Assembly: GCA_049317285.1 (NCBI GenBank)
Contig: JBMOIO010000002.1
Span: 15,312-79,311, forward strand
From: Minisyncoccia bacterium
Lineage (GTDB): Bacteria; Patescibacteriota; Minisyncoccia; Phycocordibacterales; UBA9973
DNA length: 64,000 nucleotides
Direction: 5' to 3'
The stretch's first letter is position 1; every line of letters starts with the position of its first letter. Shown one piece after another: positions 38,204 through 47,818 of this stretch. The position numbers were made by a program, and so were the translations under genes. The notes below the pieces were generated by a model. That model searched no databases, was not told the origin of the DNA, and saw nothing but the letters and a program-made list of their open reading frames with translations.

Positions 38204-39691
38204 ATGGATACCGTATTTATAGCGCTCGGCATGTTTCTTGCCGGAGGACTGTTGGGGTACATGCTCCGCACCGTACTATTGGTGATTACTAAAAATACGC
38301 TAGAGCGCACTGTTTCAGAAAAACTCTTGCAGGCACGGGAAAGTGCGCAAAGCATTCTCGATGAAGCGCACGCAAAAAGCGAACATATTGCCGAGCATGC
38401 ACGAGCACTCGAAGAGCGGCTCGCGGGGCGGGAAATTCTTTTGGATACCCGAACACTTGAACTTGATGAGCGCACTCGTGTACTTGAAGAAAAATCAGAA
38501 GAACTTGCAGAAGACCAAGCGACAGTGAGCGCTCTTATTGAAGAGCAGCAAGAAGAACTCTCTACTATTGCAGACATGACTCCTCTACAAGCACGCGAAG
38601 CATTGCTCCGCGATATCGAAGAGATGCATCAGCACGACCTATCAGTGCGCATGCACAAGCTCGACTATATCCTCAGCGACACACTTGCCGAGCGAGCAAA
38701 AAATATTCTCACCACAGCAATCCAACGTCTTGCCGTACCGACAACAACCGCACTCCTCTCTTCAAACGTAAAAGTTGAAAACGATGAAATCAAAGGAAAA
38801 ATTATCGGAAAGGAAGGGCGGAACATCAAAGCGTTTGAGCGAGCAAGCGGAGTAGAGCTCTTGGTCGACGATATGCCCGGCGCAATTATTGTCTCCTGCT
38901 TTGACCCGGTGCGCCGAGCGATTGCAGTAGACGCGCTCGAAACACTTCTCAAAGATGGTCGCATCCAACCCGCGCGCATTGAAGAAGAAATAGAAGCTGC
39001 GAAACATCGGATTCACGACAGTATTAAAAATCGTGGAGCAGAAGCAGTGTACGAGCTCGGCATCGCGAGCTTTGATCCGCGACTGGTCGCAATTATCGGG
39101 CGTCTTCATTTTCGCACGAGCTACGGACAAAATGTATTACAGCACTCAATCGAGATGGCACACCTCGCCTCCATGTTGGCTGCTGAAATTGGTGCCGACC
39201 CGTACATCGCAAAAGCAGCTGCGCTCGTGCACGATATCGGAAAAGCACTTGATCATGAATTCGAAGGAACACATGTAGAGATCGGCATCAAAGTACTGCG
39301 CAGGTTCAATACCGATGAGCGCATTATTACCGCTATGAAAAGCCATCACGACGACACCCCACACGAAACCCTCGAAGCAGTGATCGTGCAAACCGCTGAC
39401 ATGATTTCTGGTTCACGCCCCGGCGCACGCCGCGACACAGCCGAAGCCTATCTAAAACGTCTGAGCGAACTTGAAGGACTTGCGGGGCGATTTGAAGGAG
39501 TAGAAAAAGTCTATGCGCTCCAAGCCGGGCGCGAAATCCGCATCTTTGTGCACCCTGAGAATGTTTCAGACCTTGCCGCAAAGCGCCTTGCACGCGATAT
39601 TGCGTTTACTATCGAAACCGAACTCCGATACCCGGGCACTATCAAAGTCACCATCATTCGCGAAACCCGCATCACCGACTACGCGAGATAA
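38204..39691 (+). CDS. rny: Ribonuclease Y
   Basis: N-terminal TM, coiled coil, KH (KGKIIGKEGRNI), HD (HDIGKA), SRPGAR. Confidence 0.96.
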   Translation: MDTVFIALGMFLAGGLLGYMLRTVLLVITKNTLERTVSEKLLQARESAQSILDEAHAKSEHIAEHARALEERLAGREILLDTRTLELDERTRVLEEKSEELAEDQATVSALIEEQQEELSTIADMTPLQAREALLRDIEEMHQHDLSVRMHKLDYILSDTLAERAKNILTTAIQRLAVPTTTALLSSNVKVENDEIKGKIIGKEGRNIKAFERASGVELLVDDMPGAIIVSCFDPVRRAIAVDALETLLKDGRIQPARIEEEIEAAKHRIHDSIKNRGAEAVYELGIASFDPRLVAIIGRLHFRTSYGQNVLQHSIEMAHLASMLAAEIGADPYIAKAAALVHDIGKALDHEFEGTHVEIGIKVLRRFNTDERIITAMKSHHDDTPHETLEAVIVQTADMISGSRPGARRDTAEAYLKRLSELEGLAGRFEGVEKVYALQAGREIRIFVHPENVSDLAAKRLARDIAFTIETELRYPGTIKVTIIRETRITDYAR

Positions 39692-39841
39692 GTGTTACAC
39701 ACAGCATAAAGCCACTATCGTTACACAAATGATAGTGGTTTTATCTTTTCTTTAGAATTTCTTCATGAAACCTTCATCTCACAACAGATACGAACACTAA
39801 GAATGGAGGCGATTTAAGAGAAGGTGCGGTACAATATACGC

Positions 39842-42562
39842 ATGCCTCCACACGGAAACGATACAGAAAAGTTCACTACCCCTTCAGCTGAACTTGCGCA
39901 CCTCAGTGACCGCGCTCACAAAGAGTACATTCTCCAAAATGAAGCGCACAAAACACTTGAGGATGCTGCACGCGCTTCAGTCGAGTCTTATGCTCGCGCT
40001 GAAGCGCGCGACTTTTTACACGAAACAACTGTTCTTCCAAAACACGAAACAGAAAGTCTTGTGCTCAAACTCAAGCCCGAAGCTCATGACACAAAAATGG
40101 AAGAGCTCTTTGGCATCATGCTCTCCAAAGGAGTAAAGAATGCGCTCGACGTGGTAAAACAGATGAACGACTCACATCTCGAAGACGACTTCCATCGATT
40201 CTTGGTGCAGTATCTCCACACGATCGGCGCATTGCCCGGAATAAAAGAATCCTCTTCACTCTACAAAGAACTCGAACACTCACTCTTCACTGTCACTCTT
40301 CCACCGCGAACCGACACTGCTGACTTCAAATCATTCATCCAGGCGATGAAGCAATTTTATGCTGGCATGCTTGCCTTGTGCGAAAATTCAAAATCATACT
40401 ACACGCTCGAACTTGCCGTACAAAACCATGGGCGCGATATTGCACTCTATGCTTCTGTTCCTCGCGTACACGAACAGACATTTGAAAAACTCGTGAGCTC
40501 CTACTACCCTGGAGCGAGTATTGAAGAAGTAGTCGACGACTACAATATTTTCACCATCGAAGGAAACGGTATTGCGGCTTCAACTGCGCAGTTGAGCGAG
40601 CCCGCGATTTTTCCGCTCGCAAGCGATGAGTCATTTTCTCATGACCCCCTTGTCGCACTCATCGGCTCACTTTCAAAACTAGAACAACAAGGCGAAGGCG
40701 CAGCTATTCAGGTCACTATCGCGGCAGACACAGCAAACAGCAACCGCCTCTATACTTCCATCATTGACGCGGCACAACAGGGCGATGTTGAAGTAAAAAA
40801 ACAGTACAAAGAACTGACCGAAGGAATGCTCACCAGTCTCGGCAAAGGAGTGCTTTCATTTTTCACTACAGATACTCCAAAAGAATCAGACTCAACAAAA
40901 GAAAAAGTTGTCGATACCCGAGGTATTGAACTTGCGCGGATAAAAAATCAAAGCCAATCCTTGAAAGCGGGCATCCGCATTATTACCGCCGCGCCGACAC
41001 TTCTTCGCGCACAAGCGATGCTTTCTTCAATAAAAACATCGTTTGCACAATATGCATTGGTTGAGAGTAATTCAATCAAATGGAACGACATTGCAACAGC
41101 CCGCATTCATGCTGTTGCACGCGACTTTTCATTCCGCACCATCAATGATGCTGAGCTGATGACACTTTCAGTCAACGAACTCGCGACACTCTTTCACTTC
41201 CCTGTCGGCCTTACTGCCGCAAGCGAATTGAAAGAAGTCACAACCGCAAGCGCACCCGCTCCAAGTACTATGCAAAATAGCGGCGGCGTCTACCTCGGCA
41301 CCAACACTTATCGCGGCACCACTACCGATATTTTTCTTTCAAAAGAAGACCGGGTCCGCCACTGCTATGTCGTCGGTCAGACCGGTACCGGTAAGACCAC
41401 CATTTTAAAAAACATGGTGATACAGGATATTAAAAACGGCAACGGCGTGTGCTTCATCGACCCGCACGGAAGCGACCTGCAAGATATTCTTGCAAACATC
41501 CCCCCTGAGCGACTCGACGATGTCATCTACTTTGACCCGGCATACACCGAGCGCCCGATGGGGCTCAATATGCTCGAATACGATGTGCGCTTCCCTGAGC
41601 AAAAGATTTTTGTTATCAACGAACTGATGGGTATCTTCAACAAGCTCTTTGACATGAAAACAGCGGGCGGCCCGATGTTTGAGCAGTACTTCAGAAACTC
41701 GGCCGGACTTGTCATGGAAGACCCCGAAAGCGGTTCCACCCTCCTTGAAATCGGGCGCGTCCTTTCCAATAAAGCATTCCGGGAAATGAAACTTTCGAAA
41801 TGCAAAAACCCGATTATCAAACAGTTCTGGGAAAATGCAGAGAAAACCACCGGCGAAGCATCCTTGGCAAACTTTGTGCCCTACATCACCAACAAGTTCG
41901 ACGTCTTTATTTCAAACGACATCATGCGCCCAGTGATTGCACAGCAACACAGTGTGTTGAACTTCCGTGACATCATGGACAACAAAAAAATTCTTTTGGT
42001 AAATCTCTCCAAAGGGCGCCTGGGCGACATCAACTCGCACCTCATCGGTCTCGTCCTCGTCGGCAAGCTCACGATGGCAGCACTCTCCCGTGTGGACATG
42101 GTCGGCCGCGGACCGATCAACGACTTCTACCTCTACATCGATGAGTTCCAAAATGTGACCACTGACTCGATTGCGACCATTCTCTCTGAAGCCCGCAAAT
42201 ACCGCCTCGCGCTCACTGTCGCTCACCAGTACATTGAACAGCTCGAAGAAAACATCAAAGACGCAGTGTTCGGAAATGTGGGCTCTATGATCATCTACCG
42301 TGTCTCCCCTGAAAATGCGGCAATGTTTGAAAAGCAATTGTCGCCGACATTTACACCAAACGATATCCTCACCCTCCAAAACTTTAATGCTATCGCAAAA
42401 ATATTGGTAAATGGTGTTCCGGAAAAGCCGTTCAACCTCCGCATTCCTCCCCCACCAGTCGGAAACATGGAGATCACCGAAAAGGTCAAACAACTCTCAT
42501 ACCTCAAATACGGCCGCCCTCGCGCCGAAGTCGAAGCCGAAATCTTCGCACGGTATAAATAG
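39842..42562 (+). CDS. VirD4/TraD-like coupling ATPase (HerA/FtsK superfamily)
   Basis: HCYVVGQTGTGKT, IDPHG, YIDEFQN, LSEARKY, AHQY and VFGNVGS motifs. Confidence 0.88.
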   Translation: MPPHGNDTEKFTTPSAELAHLSDRAHKEYILQNEAHKTLEDAARASVESYARAEARDFLHETTVLPKHETESLVLKLKPEAHDTKMEELFGIMLSKGVKNALDVVKQMNDSHLEDDFHRFLVQYLHTIGALPGIKESSSLYKELEHSLFTVTLPPRTDTADFKSFIQAMKQFYAGMLALCENSKSYYTLELAVQNHGRDIALYASVPRVHEQTFEKLVSSYYPGASIEEVVDDYNIFTIEGNGIAASTAQLSEPAIFPLASDESFSHDPLVALIGSLSKLEQQGEGAAIQVTIAADTANSNRLYTSIIDAAQQGDVEVKKQYKELTEGMLTSLGKGVLSFFTTDTPKESDSTKEKVVDTRGIELARIKNQSQSLKAGIRIITAAPTLLRAQAMLSSIKTSFAQYALVESNSIKWNDIATARIHAVARDFSFRTINDAELMTLSVNELATLFHFPVGLTAASELKEVTTASAPAPSTMQNSGGVYLGTNTYRGTTTDIFLSKEDRVRHCYVVGQTGTGKTTILKNMVIQDIKNGNGVCFIDPHGSDLQDILANIPPERLDDVIYFDPAYTERPMGLNMLEYDVRFPEQKIFVINELMGIFNKLFDMKTAGGPMFEQYFRNSAGLVMEDPESGSTLLEIGRVLSNKAFREMKLSKCKNPIIKQFWENAEKTTGEASLANFVPYITNKFDVFISNDIMRPVIAQQHSVLNFRDIMDNKKILLVNLSKGRLGDINSHLIGLVLVGKLTMAALSRVDMVGRGPINDFYLYIDEFQNVTTDSIATILSEARKYRLALTVAHQYIEQLEENIKDAVFGNVGSMIIYRVSPENAAMFEKQLSPTFTPNDILTLQNFNAIAKILVNGVPEKPFNLRIPPPPVGNMEITEKVKQLSYLKYGRPRAEVEAEIFARYK

Positions 42563-42622
42563 AAAACAAAAAGAGTCCTCCTGCAAGGGCTCTTTTTGTT
42601 TTAGGTGCGCTATACTATCACT

Positions 42623-43354
42623 ATGAATATATTTGAAGGATTTTTTGGCTCAAAAAAAGAGCGTGTTTCAGAAGAAAACGAAGTAGCGACAGCAGTAGAA
42701 GAAACTGCTTCCGCACCAAAAACACTTGAATCAATACAAGAGGCAAAAGAGTCCCTTGCCGAGCTTTCCGAGAAGCGCCAAGAAGTCCTTGAAAAACACC
42801 GCGACACTACAGAACAACTCGCATCCCTAGGAGTTCGTGAAATCGAAAAAGATGGCCACGCACGGACCGAAACCTATAACGAAATGCTTAACCCTATCGA
42901 AGCAGAGCTCGCCGCCATCAGTGCCGAGATTGGCGAAAAGCGCGCGGAGTTTGATCTGGAGCCTTCCCGAGCGACAATGCTCGAAGACCGTATGCGCCGA
43001 TTGGAAGAGTTGAAAGTCCAAGAAGAAGCGCAATTTGCCGAGACTGAGGTTTCGAAACAAATCGCCACATATAATAAAGAAATTGATGCGCTCACTGAAG
43101 AAATCGCGACACTGGGCAATAAAAGAATCAGTGGTGACCTTAGGATAACAGAGGCGGAACTGCTCCAAAAAAAGGAGATTGAACGAAATGACATAGACCA
43201 GAAAAAATCAGATCTCTATCGTGATGACAAAATAGCCAACGCTCATACTGAGCGCCTGCAGAAAATTCAGGAATTGAGTACTATCACCTATTTTACCAAG
43301 AAAAACGCCGAAGATGCCTCGTACGACGAAAACGGGCAAATGAGAATTAAGTAA
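42623..43354 (+). CDS. Coiled-coil hypothetical protein
   Basis: Glu/Lys-rich heptads; TATACT 6 nt upstream of the ATG. Confidence 0.7.
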   Translation: MNIFEGFFGSKKERVSEENEVATAVEETASAPKTLESIQEAKESLAELSEKRQEVLEKHRDTTEQLASLGVREIEKDGHARTETYNEMLNPIEAELAAISAEIGEKRAEFDLEPSRATMLEDRMRRLEELKVQEEAQFAETEVSKQIATYNKEIDALTEEIATLGNKRISGDLRITEAELLQKKEIERNDIDQKKSDLYRDDKIANAHTERLQKIQELSTITYFTKKNAEDASYDENGQMRIK

Positions 43355-43403
43355 TAAAAGAAACCGCAACGAATATCGTTGCGGTTTTTAGTTGAGTTCG
43401 GTG

Positions 43404-43886
43404 TTAATTTAATTGAAGGTCCATGATAAATCCATTAGGCTTTGCCTTAGTAAGAAATGTGGTGTTTATTTTTTCCCAATCATTCTTCTCGGCTTTATTG
43501 TGTATCACCCAGCACTGCAGATCATGGCGATCAATCCGCTCAATCATAAGACCCTGGATCCTGGATCGTAATAGTTCCTCCGCACTGACCGGGCCGATAG
43601 CAATTGTTTCAATGCCCAATTTTTCCATCAAATTGTAGAGTTTTCGAGGACTGATGCCGTACTCCATCAATTCGGTAATGCGAGTTGCTATTATATGCGC
43701 GAGGTATTCGTGATTCGAGTGCTTTACAAGCTCGCTCATTCCTTTCTTGAATACATACCGCTCAATCTCCAAATCTTTCATTGCCTGAAGTTTCATTTTT
43801 TCTCTCTTGGAGGCTATGCGAGAGATGGCATAGATAATTCCCATAGCACCAGCTATAGAAATTATGATTGTTATTAGCGACATCAA
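43404..43886 (-). CDS. Hypothetical protein with N-terminal TM
   Basis: Consensus TTGACA-17-TATAAT promoter upstream. Confidence 0.6.
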   Translation of the reverse strand: MMSLITIIISIAGAMGIIYAISRIASKREKMKLQAMKDLEIERYVFKKGMSELVKHSNHEYLAHIIATRITELMEYGISPRKLYNLMEKLGIETIAIGPVSAEELLRSRIQGLMIERIDRHDLQCWVIHNKAEKNDWEKINTTFLTKAKPNGFIMDLQLN

Positions 43887-43904
43887 TGTACTTTTCTTAT
43901 ATAT

Positions 43905-43933
43905 ATTATAGCAAATTATATATAAAATGTCAA
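43905..43933 (-). promoter_or_regulatory. Consensus sigma70 promoter with extended -10
   Basis: TTGACA-17 nt-TATAAT with TGn before the -10 box. Confidence 0.8.
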
Positions 43934-44046
43934 GGTTTGCACTGAAAATCCCTTGCTATATAATGGTGGAAGCTTAAAGCCTTGGCTTTTGGCGCACTGA
44001 TGAATTTAGCAGCAGCACATTTAAAGGAGTAATCCTCGTACATACT

Positions 44047-44319
44047 ATGAACAAACAAGCCCTCGTTGAACTCATTCACGGCAAAATCGGCGGTACGAAA
44101 GTACAGGCTGAAGAAGTTGTGGAGAGTCTGATCGACGCAATCGTAAGTACATTGAAGAAAGGTGACGAAGTTTCTATTGCAGGACTCGGTATCTTCTCAG
44201 TGAAGCCTCGTGCAGCTCGCACTGCTCGCAACCCAAAGACAGGCGAACCAGTGAAAGTTGCCGCTACACGCGTACCAAAATTCCGCGCAGCAAAGGCACT
44301 GAAAGACGCAGTGAAATAA
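44047..44319 (+). CDS. hup: DNA-binding protein HU
   Basis: MNKQALVE, GLGIF, ARNPKTGE and PKFRAAKALKDAV motifs. Confidence 0.97.
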   Translation: MNKQALVELIHGKIGGTKVQAEEVVESLIDAIVSTLKKGDEVSIAGLGIFSVKPRAARTARNPKTGEPVKVAATRVPKFRAAKALKDAVK

Positions 44320-44458
44320 GCTCTTCTTTTTTCACACACTGTTCCCACTTACAAAAAGCACCACAGTTATGTGGTGCTTTTTGCGTGAGGCCTTACAGGT
44401 ATTGACTATTTAAAGGAGAGGAGTAGGATAGGGAGAAATTTAAAACTAAATAAACTAT

Positions 44459-44833
44459 ATGAAAGTTCTGTTCTTAAACCCTGAGGCCCTGCCACCGAAG
44501 CAGGCAGATTTTCGTCACGCAATGGTTGGACAATTTAAAGCCACCTGCTCTCTCCAATTCCTTCAAGGAAAAGACTACACCCCCGACAAGGTAATCACTA
44601 CTTTGAAAGAGAAAAAGTGTGGGGAAATAGTATTTTTCAAAAGCCCTCAACAAAAAGCAGAAGAACTGCTACCAATGTTGCAAAAGAAGTTTACTACAAA
44701 GAAGTTTACTTTTTCAGAAAGAATTGTTGAATGGGAAAGAAAAAACATTCCCTGTGTTTCATTAATGATTAGCGAAAAACCAAAAAAGGAAGAAGTTTCC
44801 CAGAACGAAGAGTCGAAGCTCGTAGTGGCCTAA
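44459..44833 (+). CDS. Hypothetical protein
   Basis: Own TTGACT-16-TAGGAT promoter and a downstream hairpin. Confidence 0.55.
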   Translation: MKVLFLNPEALPPKQADFRHAMVGQFKATCSLQFLQGKDYTPDKVITTLKEKKCGEIVFFKSPQQKAEELLPMLQKKFTTKKFTFSERIVEWERKNIPCVSLMISEKPKKEEVSQNEESKLVVA

Positions 44834-44880
44834 GGCCCAGAAAACGGATATGCAGTATATGCATATCCGGTTTTTTTATT

Positions 44881-45102
44881 TGTGCGGGATAAGGGAGTTG
44901 GTCACAAATCACTAAGCATAATTCTTCGCTCCGCTCGAATTCTGCAAAGTGTTCGCGACCCCGGCTCGCTTGCCTAAAGGCATAGCTCCGCCTTTCTCCT
45001 CCCCCGAAAGCCACGCAGGTGGCTTTCTTTAAATCCCTGCATTACATAAAAAGACCAGGAAACAAATCCTGGTCTTTTTATGTATGTGCGGGATAAGGGA
45101 GT
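44881..45102. repeat. 204-bp-period element flanked by an 18-bp duplication of the tRNA-Gly 3' end
   Basis: TGTGCGGGATAAGGGAGT at 44881-44898 and 45085-45102; hairpin-rich interior. Confidence 0.8.
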
Positions 45103-45157
45103 CGAACCCTTCACCTCAGTTTGGAAAACTGATATTTTACCGATAAACTAATCCCGC
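45087..45157 (-). tRNA. tRNA-Gly(TCC)
   Basis: GCGGGAT/ATCCCGC acceptor stem, TCAGT-tttccaa-ACTGA anticodon arm, GGTTCGACT; no CCA. Confidence 0.95.
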
Positions 45158-45234
45158 TTTGTTTTACTATCCTATCAGATTGGCCTCATACAATCAATAA
45201 ACCCCCTATCACGATAGTTCGCGAGGGGGTTTTA

Positions 45235-45471
45235 TCATTTCATAGCAATAAGATACTGCTCTCCGCTTTTTGAAGCGACTAGTCCAAGAATCAATGGTTC
45301 TGAGGAGTTCTTGCGACTCTCTGCTTCCTCTGTACCATCTTTTACAATGACCAAGCAAAAGGGTCCGTTCTCATAAGAAGAGACATTTAAAGACTCCTGT
45401 TCCATCAATTCGATGCGAGCCTGCACTTGTGTTTCCTGGTCGGGTGATAAAGTAAATAGTTGAGTAAGCAT
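45235..45471 (-). CDS. Small hypothetical protein
   Basis: Own TTGACA-16-TATAAT promoter and a downstream hairpin. Confidence 0.5.
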   Translation of the reverse strand: MLTQLFTLSPDQETQVQARIELMEQESLNVSSYENGPFCLVIVKDGTEEAESRKNSSEPLILGLVASKSGEQYLIAMK

Positions 45472-45508
45472 ATAAAAGTTCTAAATTCTTAATTATTATA
45501 TAGTTTTT

Positions 45509-46181
45509 TCAGTATTTGTCAAATACTCTTCGTACTGTTTTCTCATTTCTTTGAGGTAAACCGTATCGTTAGGTAAAATCTTTCGCACCTCTACGCCATT
45601 CTCCATCTCATATGAGGCATAGATTTCATTCTCTGTTTCATCAGTCATATATGACGGTGATAAATCTTCATCTGATGCATTTTTTGTACAAAAACTTCAA
45701 GCTTGTTGAAAAACTCTGTTGCATTAAAGTCAGCTGGCAACCTGTCTCTATTAGGGAGCGCTTCTTCAACTGTACAACCATTAATGTATTCCATTACAAT
45801 AACATGGTCTTTCACAAGCGCTCGCTTCCCTCCCTCCATTTTCACTTTCATAGGAGAGACGATGGTTGCAAACGCCTTTGGTACACGAACTTCCGTTCCA
45901 TTATTTTGGAGGGCAGCAAGATACTCAATTTCAACATCGATATCATTATTTCCCGGGAGCATATTATGAACATGCTTAAAGCAAAGCCCTGTAGTTTCGT
46001 CAGGATACTTGTACACTTCCGCCGTCTTACCAAAGCCAACCTTGTTTTCTTCGGTAAAGATTCTTTCTGCAAAAGCACACAAGGTTTCCTTATAGGCTTC
46101 CTCTTCAAGGGTTGGGAAGGCACGGTCGAGTTCTTCTTTATTATAAACTTCAATGTCTCCCTTAAAGGATTCCATAGTCAT
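45509..46181 (-). pseudogene. Protein-kinase-like pseudogene (internal deletion or frameshift at the catalytic loop)
   Basis: VGFGKTAEVY Gly-loop, VRVPK, VIVMEYING, then KMHQMKIYHR-HI-stop at 45645; HRD..N and DFG are absent; a plausible C-terminus continues in another frame to 45509. Confidence 0.65.
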
Positions 46182-46185
46182 AGTG

Positions 46186-46258
46186 TCGGGATGCAGGGAT
46201 TCGAACCCTGAGTCACCTCTTCCCAAAAGAGGCATGTTAGCCGTTACACCACATCCCG
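46186..46258 (-). tRNA. tRNA-Pro(TGG)
   Basis: CGGGATG/CATCCCG acceptor stem, CCTCT-tttggga-AGAGG, GGTTCGAATCC; no CCA. Confidence 0.95.
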
Positions 46259-46301
46259 ATGCGTTTTGTATAGTAGCAGAAAGTCCTCTGTAAATAAAGG
46301 G

Positions 46302-46670
46302 TCAGGTAACATCCAAGAACTCTATCTGCACTTCCCCACCCTCTTGGATAGGAAGCTTCACGATCAATGCCTTGGCTCTGTATTCTTTAATCGTATTCAT
46401 CAGGCAATAATACTCCACTGATATCAGAAATTTTCTAATCTTGGCATTTGTCATATTCTCGGCCGGATTGAACCAGCTCCCAAGCCGGGCAGTTTTTACC
46501 TCATAAAAGTAATAGATCCCCCTCTTTTTTGCGACAATATCAATCTCGCCGTATTTATTCGCTCTATTGCGCTCAACAATGCTAAATCCTTGTTTTATAA
46601 GATATGCCACCGCACTACTCTCACCCCTTTCCCCTATTTTTTGTGTTTTTGAGGTAAATTGCCTGATCAT
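46302..46670 (-). CDS. yraN: YraN/UPF0102 family nuclease-like protein
   Basis: GERGE..A..YL..QGF.IVERN, GEIDIVA and EVKT motifs. Confidence 0.88.
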   Translation of the reverse strand: MIRQFTSKTQKIGERGESSAVAYLIKQGFSIVERNRANKYGEIDIVAKKRGIYYFYEVKTARLGSWFNPAENMTNAKIRKFLISVEYYCLMNTIKEYRAKALIVKLPIQEGGEVQIEFLDVT

Positions 46671-46898
46671 TACACTATCAGCATATACCTCCGTACATAA
46701 AGAAAGTATCAAATCGGACAACTAACAGCCACCGTATCGGCCGTCCGTTATCCCACTTGTGCACACACTTATCCACAGTTCTGTCAAAAAATGAGTGTTT
46801 TCAGTCCGTTTCTGACAATAAAAGACTGAAATTGTCTAAAGGACCGATATGAATCGGGTAAAACAAAAAGACTCCTTCCTGGAGTCTTTTTGTTTTTG

Positions 46899-46969
46899 TG
46901 CGGCTACAGGGAATCGAACCCTGGTCTCGTCCTTGGCAAGGACGCATTCTACCACTAAACCATAACCGC
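46899..46969 (-). tRNA. tRNA-Gly(GCC)
   Basis: GCGGTTA/TAGCCGC acceptor stem, CGTCC-ttgccaa-GGACG, GGTTCGATTCC. Confidence 0.95.
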
Positions 46970-47010
46970 GTACGGAAATCAGTATACATGAAATATAGTG
47001 ATTTCCAATG

Positions 47011-47082
47011 TGCACCTGCCAGGATTCGAACCTGGAACAACTGCTTCGAAGGCAGGCATGATATCCATTTCACTACAAGTGC
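47011..47082 (-). tRNA. tRNA-Arg(TCG)
   Basis: GCACTTG/CAGGTGC acceptor stem, loop cttcgaa, GGTTCGAATCC. Confidence 0.93.
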
Positions 47083-47097
47083 AACAAGCTATTTATA

Positions 47098-47769
47098 CTA
47101 TATTTTTACCGTCTTTACCATAGACTCTTTCCACGCCAGCACGGTATGTAAATGATGGATACCATTTACATACATTCTCAAACACCCTTTATATGTAGGG
47201 TTTTTCTTTATTTGATGAACTGTCGGCTTATAGATAGTTTTTTGAAACTGATTTGAATCTATACCCAATTGCTGTACCCAAAAAGCTTCCAGATTTTCTT
47301 CTTTATAGCAGTCGTGTATAAAAAGTCTTATTCTTATTGACTCTTTTGGCACTTGTAGATATTTTTGCATCCACTGATACATAAGCACAATCATTTCTGT
47401 ATCTGAATTAATAAAACTGAATATACCGTCACGTTTTGACCCTTCTGCCCAATACAGACAAAGCCCCATCATGAAATCTATCTTACCTGAATGCTGATTA
47501 TATGAATCATACGCCCTATCTTTTATAACGATGTCTCGTGCTAATCGCTTGCTTCTGTTTACTTCTGCCCCCTTTGCCCTCCCAACCCCTTGGCGAATAC
47601 TTATTTTTTCATATAGTACTTTTTCTTGTTCAGTAGTAAGCTCAAGACGCTTTAGCCATCCTGACAGCGTTCCTTTTGCTACAGGAACTTCTTTCATAAT
47701 TTCAGAGTATGAAAACCCCTGCATTCTTAGTTGTATAGCCCTTGCTTTATTTTGAACGTTCGATTTCAT
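47098..47769 (-). CDS. HTH plus degenerate LAGLIDADG-like protein next to the tRNA cluster
   Basis: AIQLRMQGFSYSEI..VAKGTLSGWL HTH; GLCLYWAEGSK and F.NSD motifs; AT-rich. Confidence 0.7.
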   Translation of the reverse strand: MKSNVQNKARAIQLRMQGFSYSEIMKEVPVAKGTLSGWLKRLELTTEQEKVLYEKISIRQGVGRAKGAEVNRSKRLARDIVIKDRAYDSYNQHSGKIDFMMGLCLYWAEGSKRDGIFSFINSDTEMIVLMYQWMQKYLQVPKESIRIRLFIHDCYKEENLEAFWVQQLGIDSNQFQKTIYKPTVHQIKKNPTYKGCLRMYVNGIHHLHTVLAWKESMVKTVKI

Positions 47770-47818
47770 GTATGTAACAATTGTATACTCTTTTGCAAGT
47801 AGGTGCTACTATAAAAAC

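Noticed and set aside
39842-42562. Conjugative element around the VirD4-like ATPase
   Set aside because: No relaxase, VirB4 or mating-pair genes are adjacent; it sits among housekeeping genes.
46748-46777. oriC call from DnaA boxes
   Set aside because: Only one perfect box and one degenerate box, no dnaA gene in the window, and GC skew was not computed.
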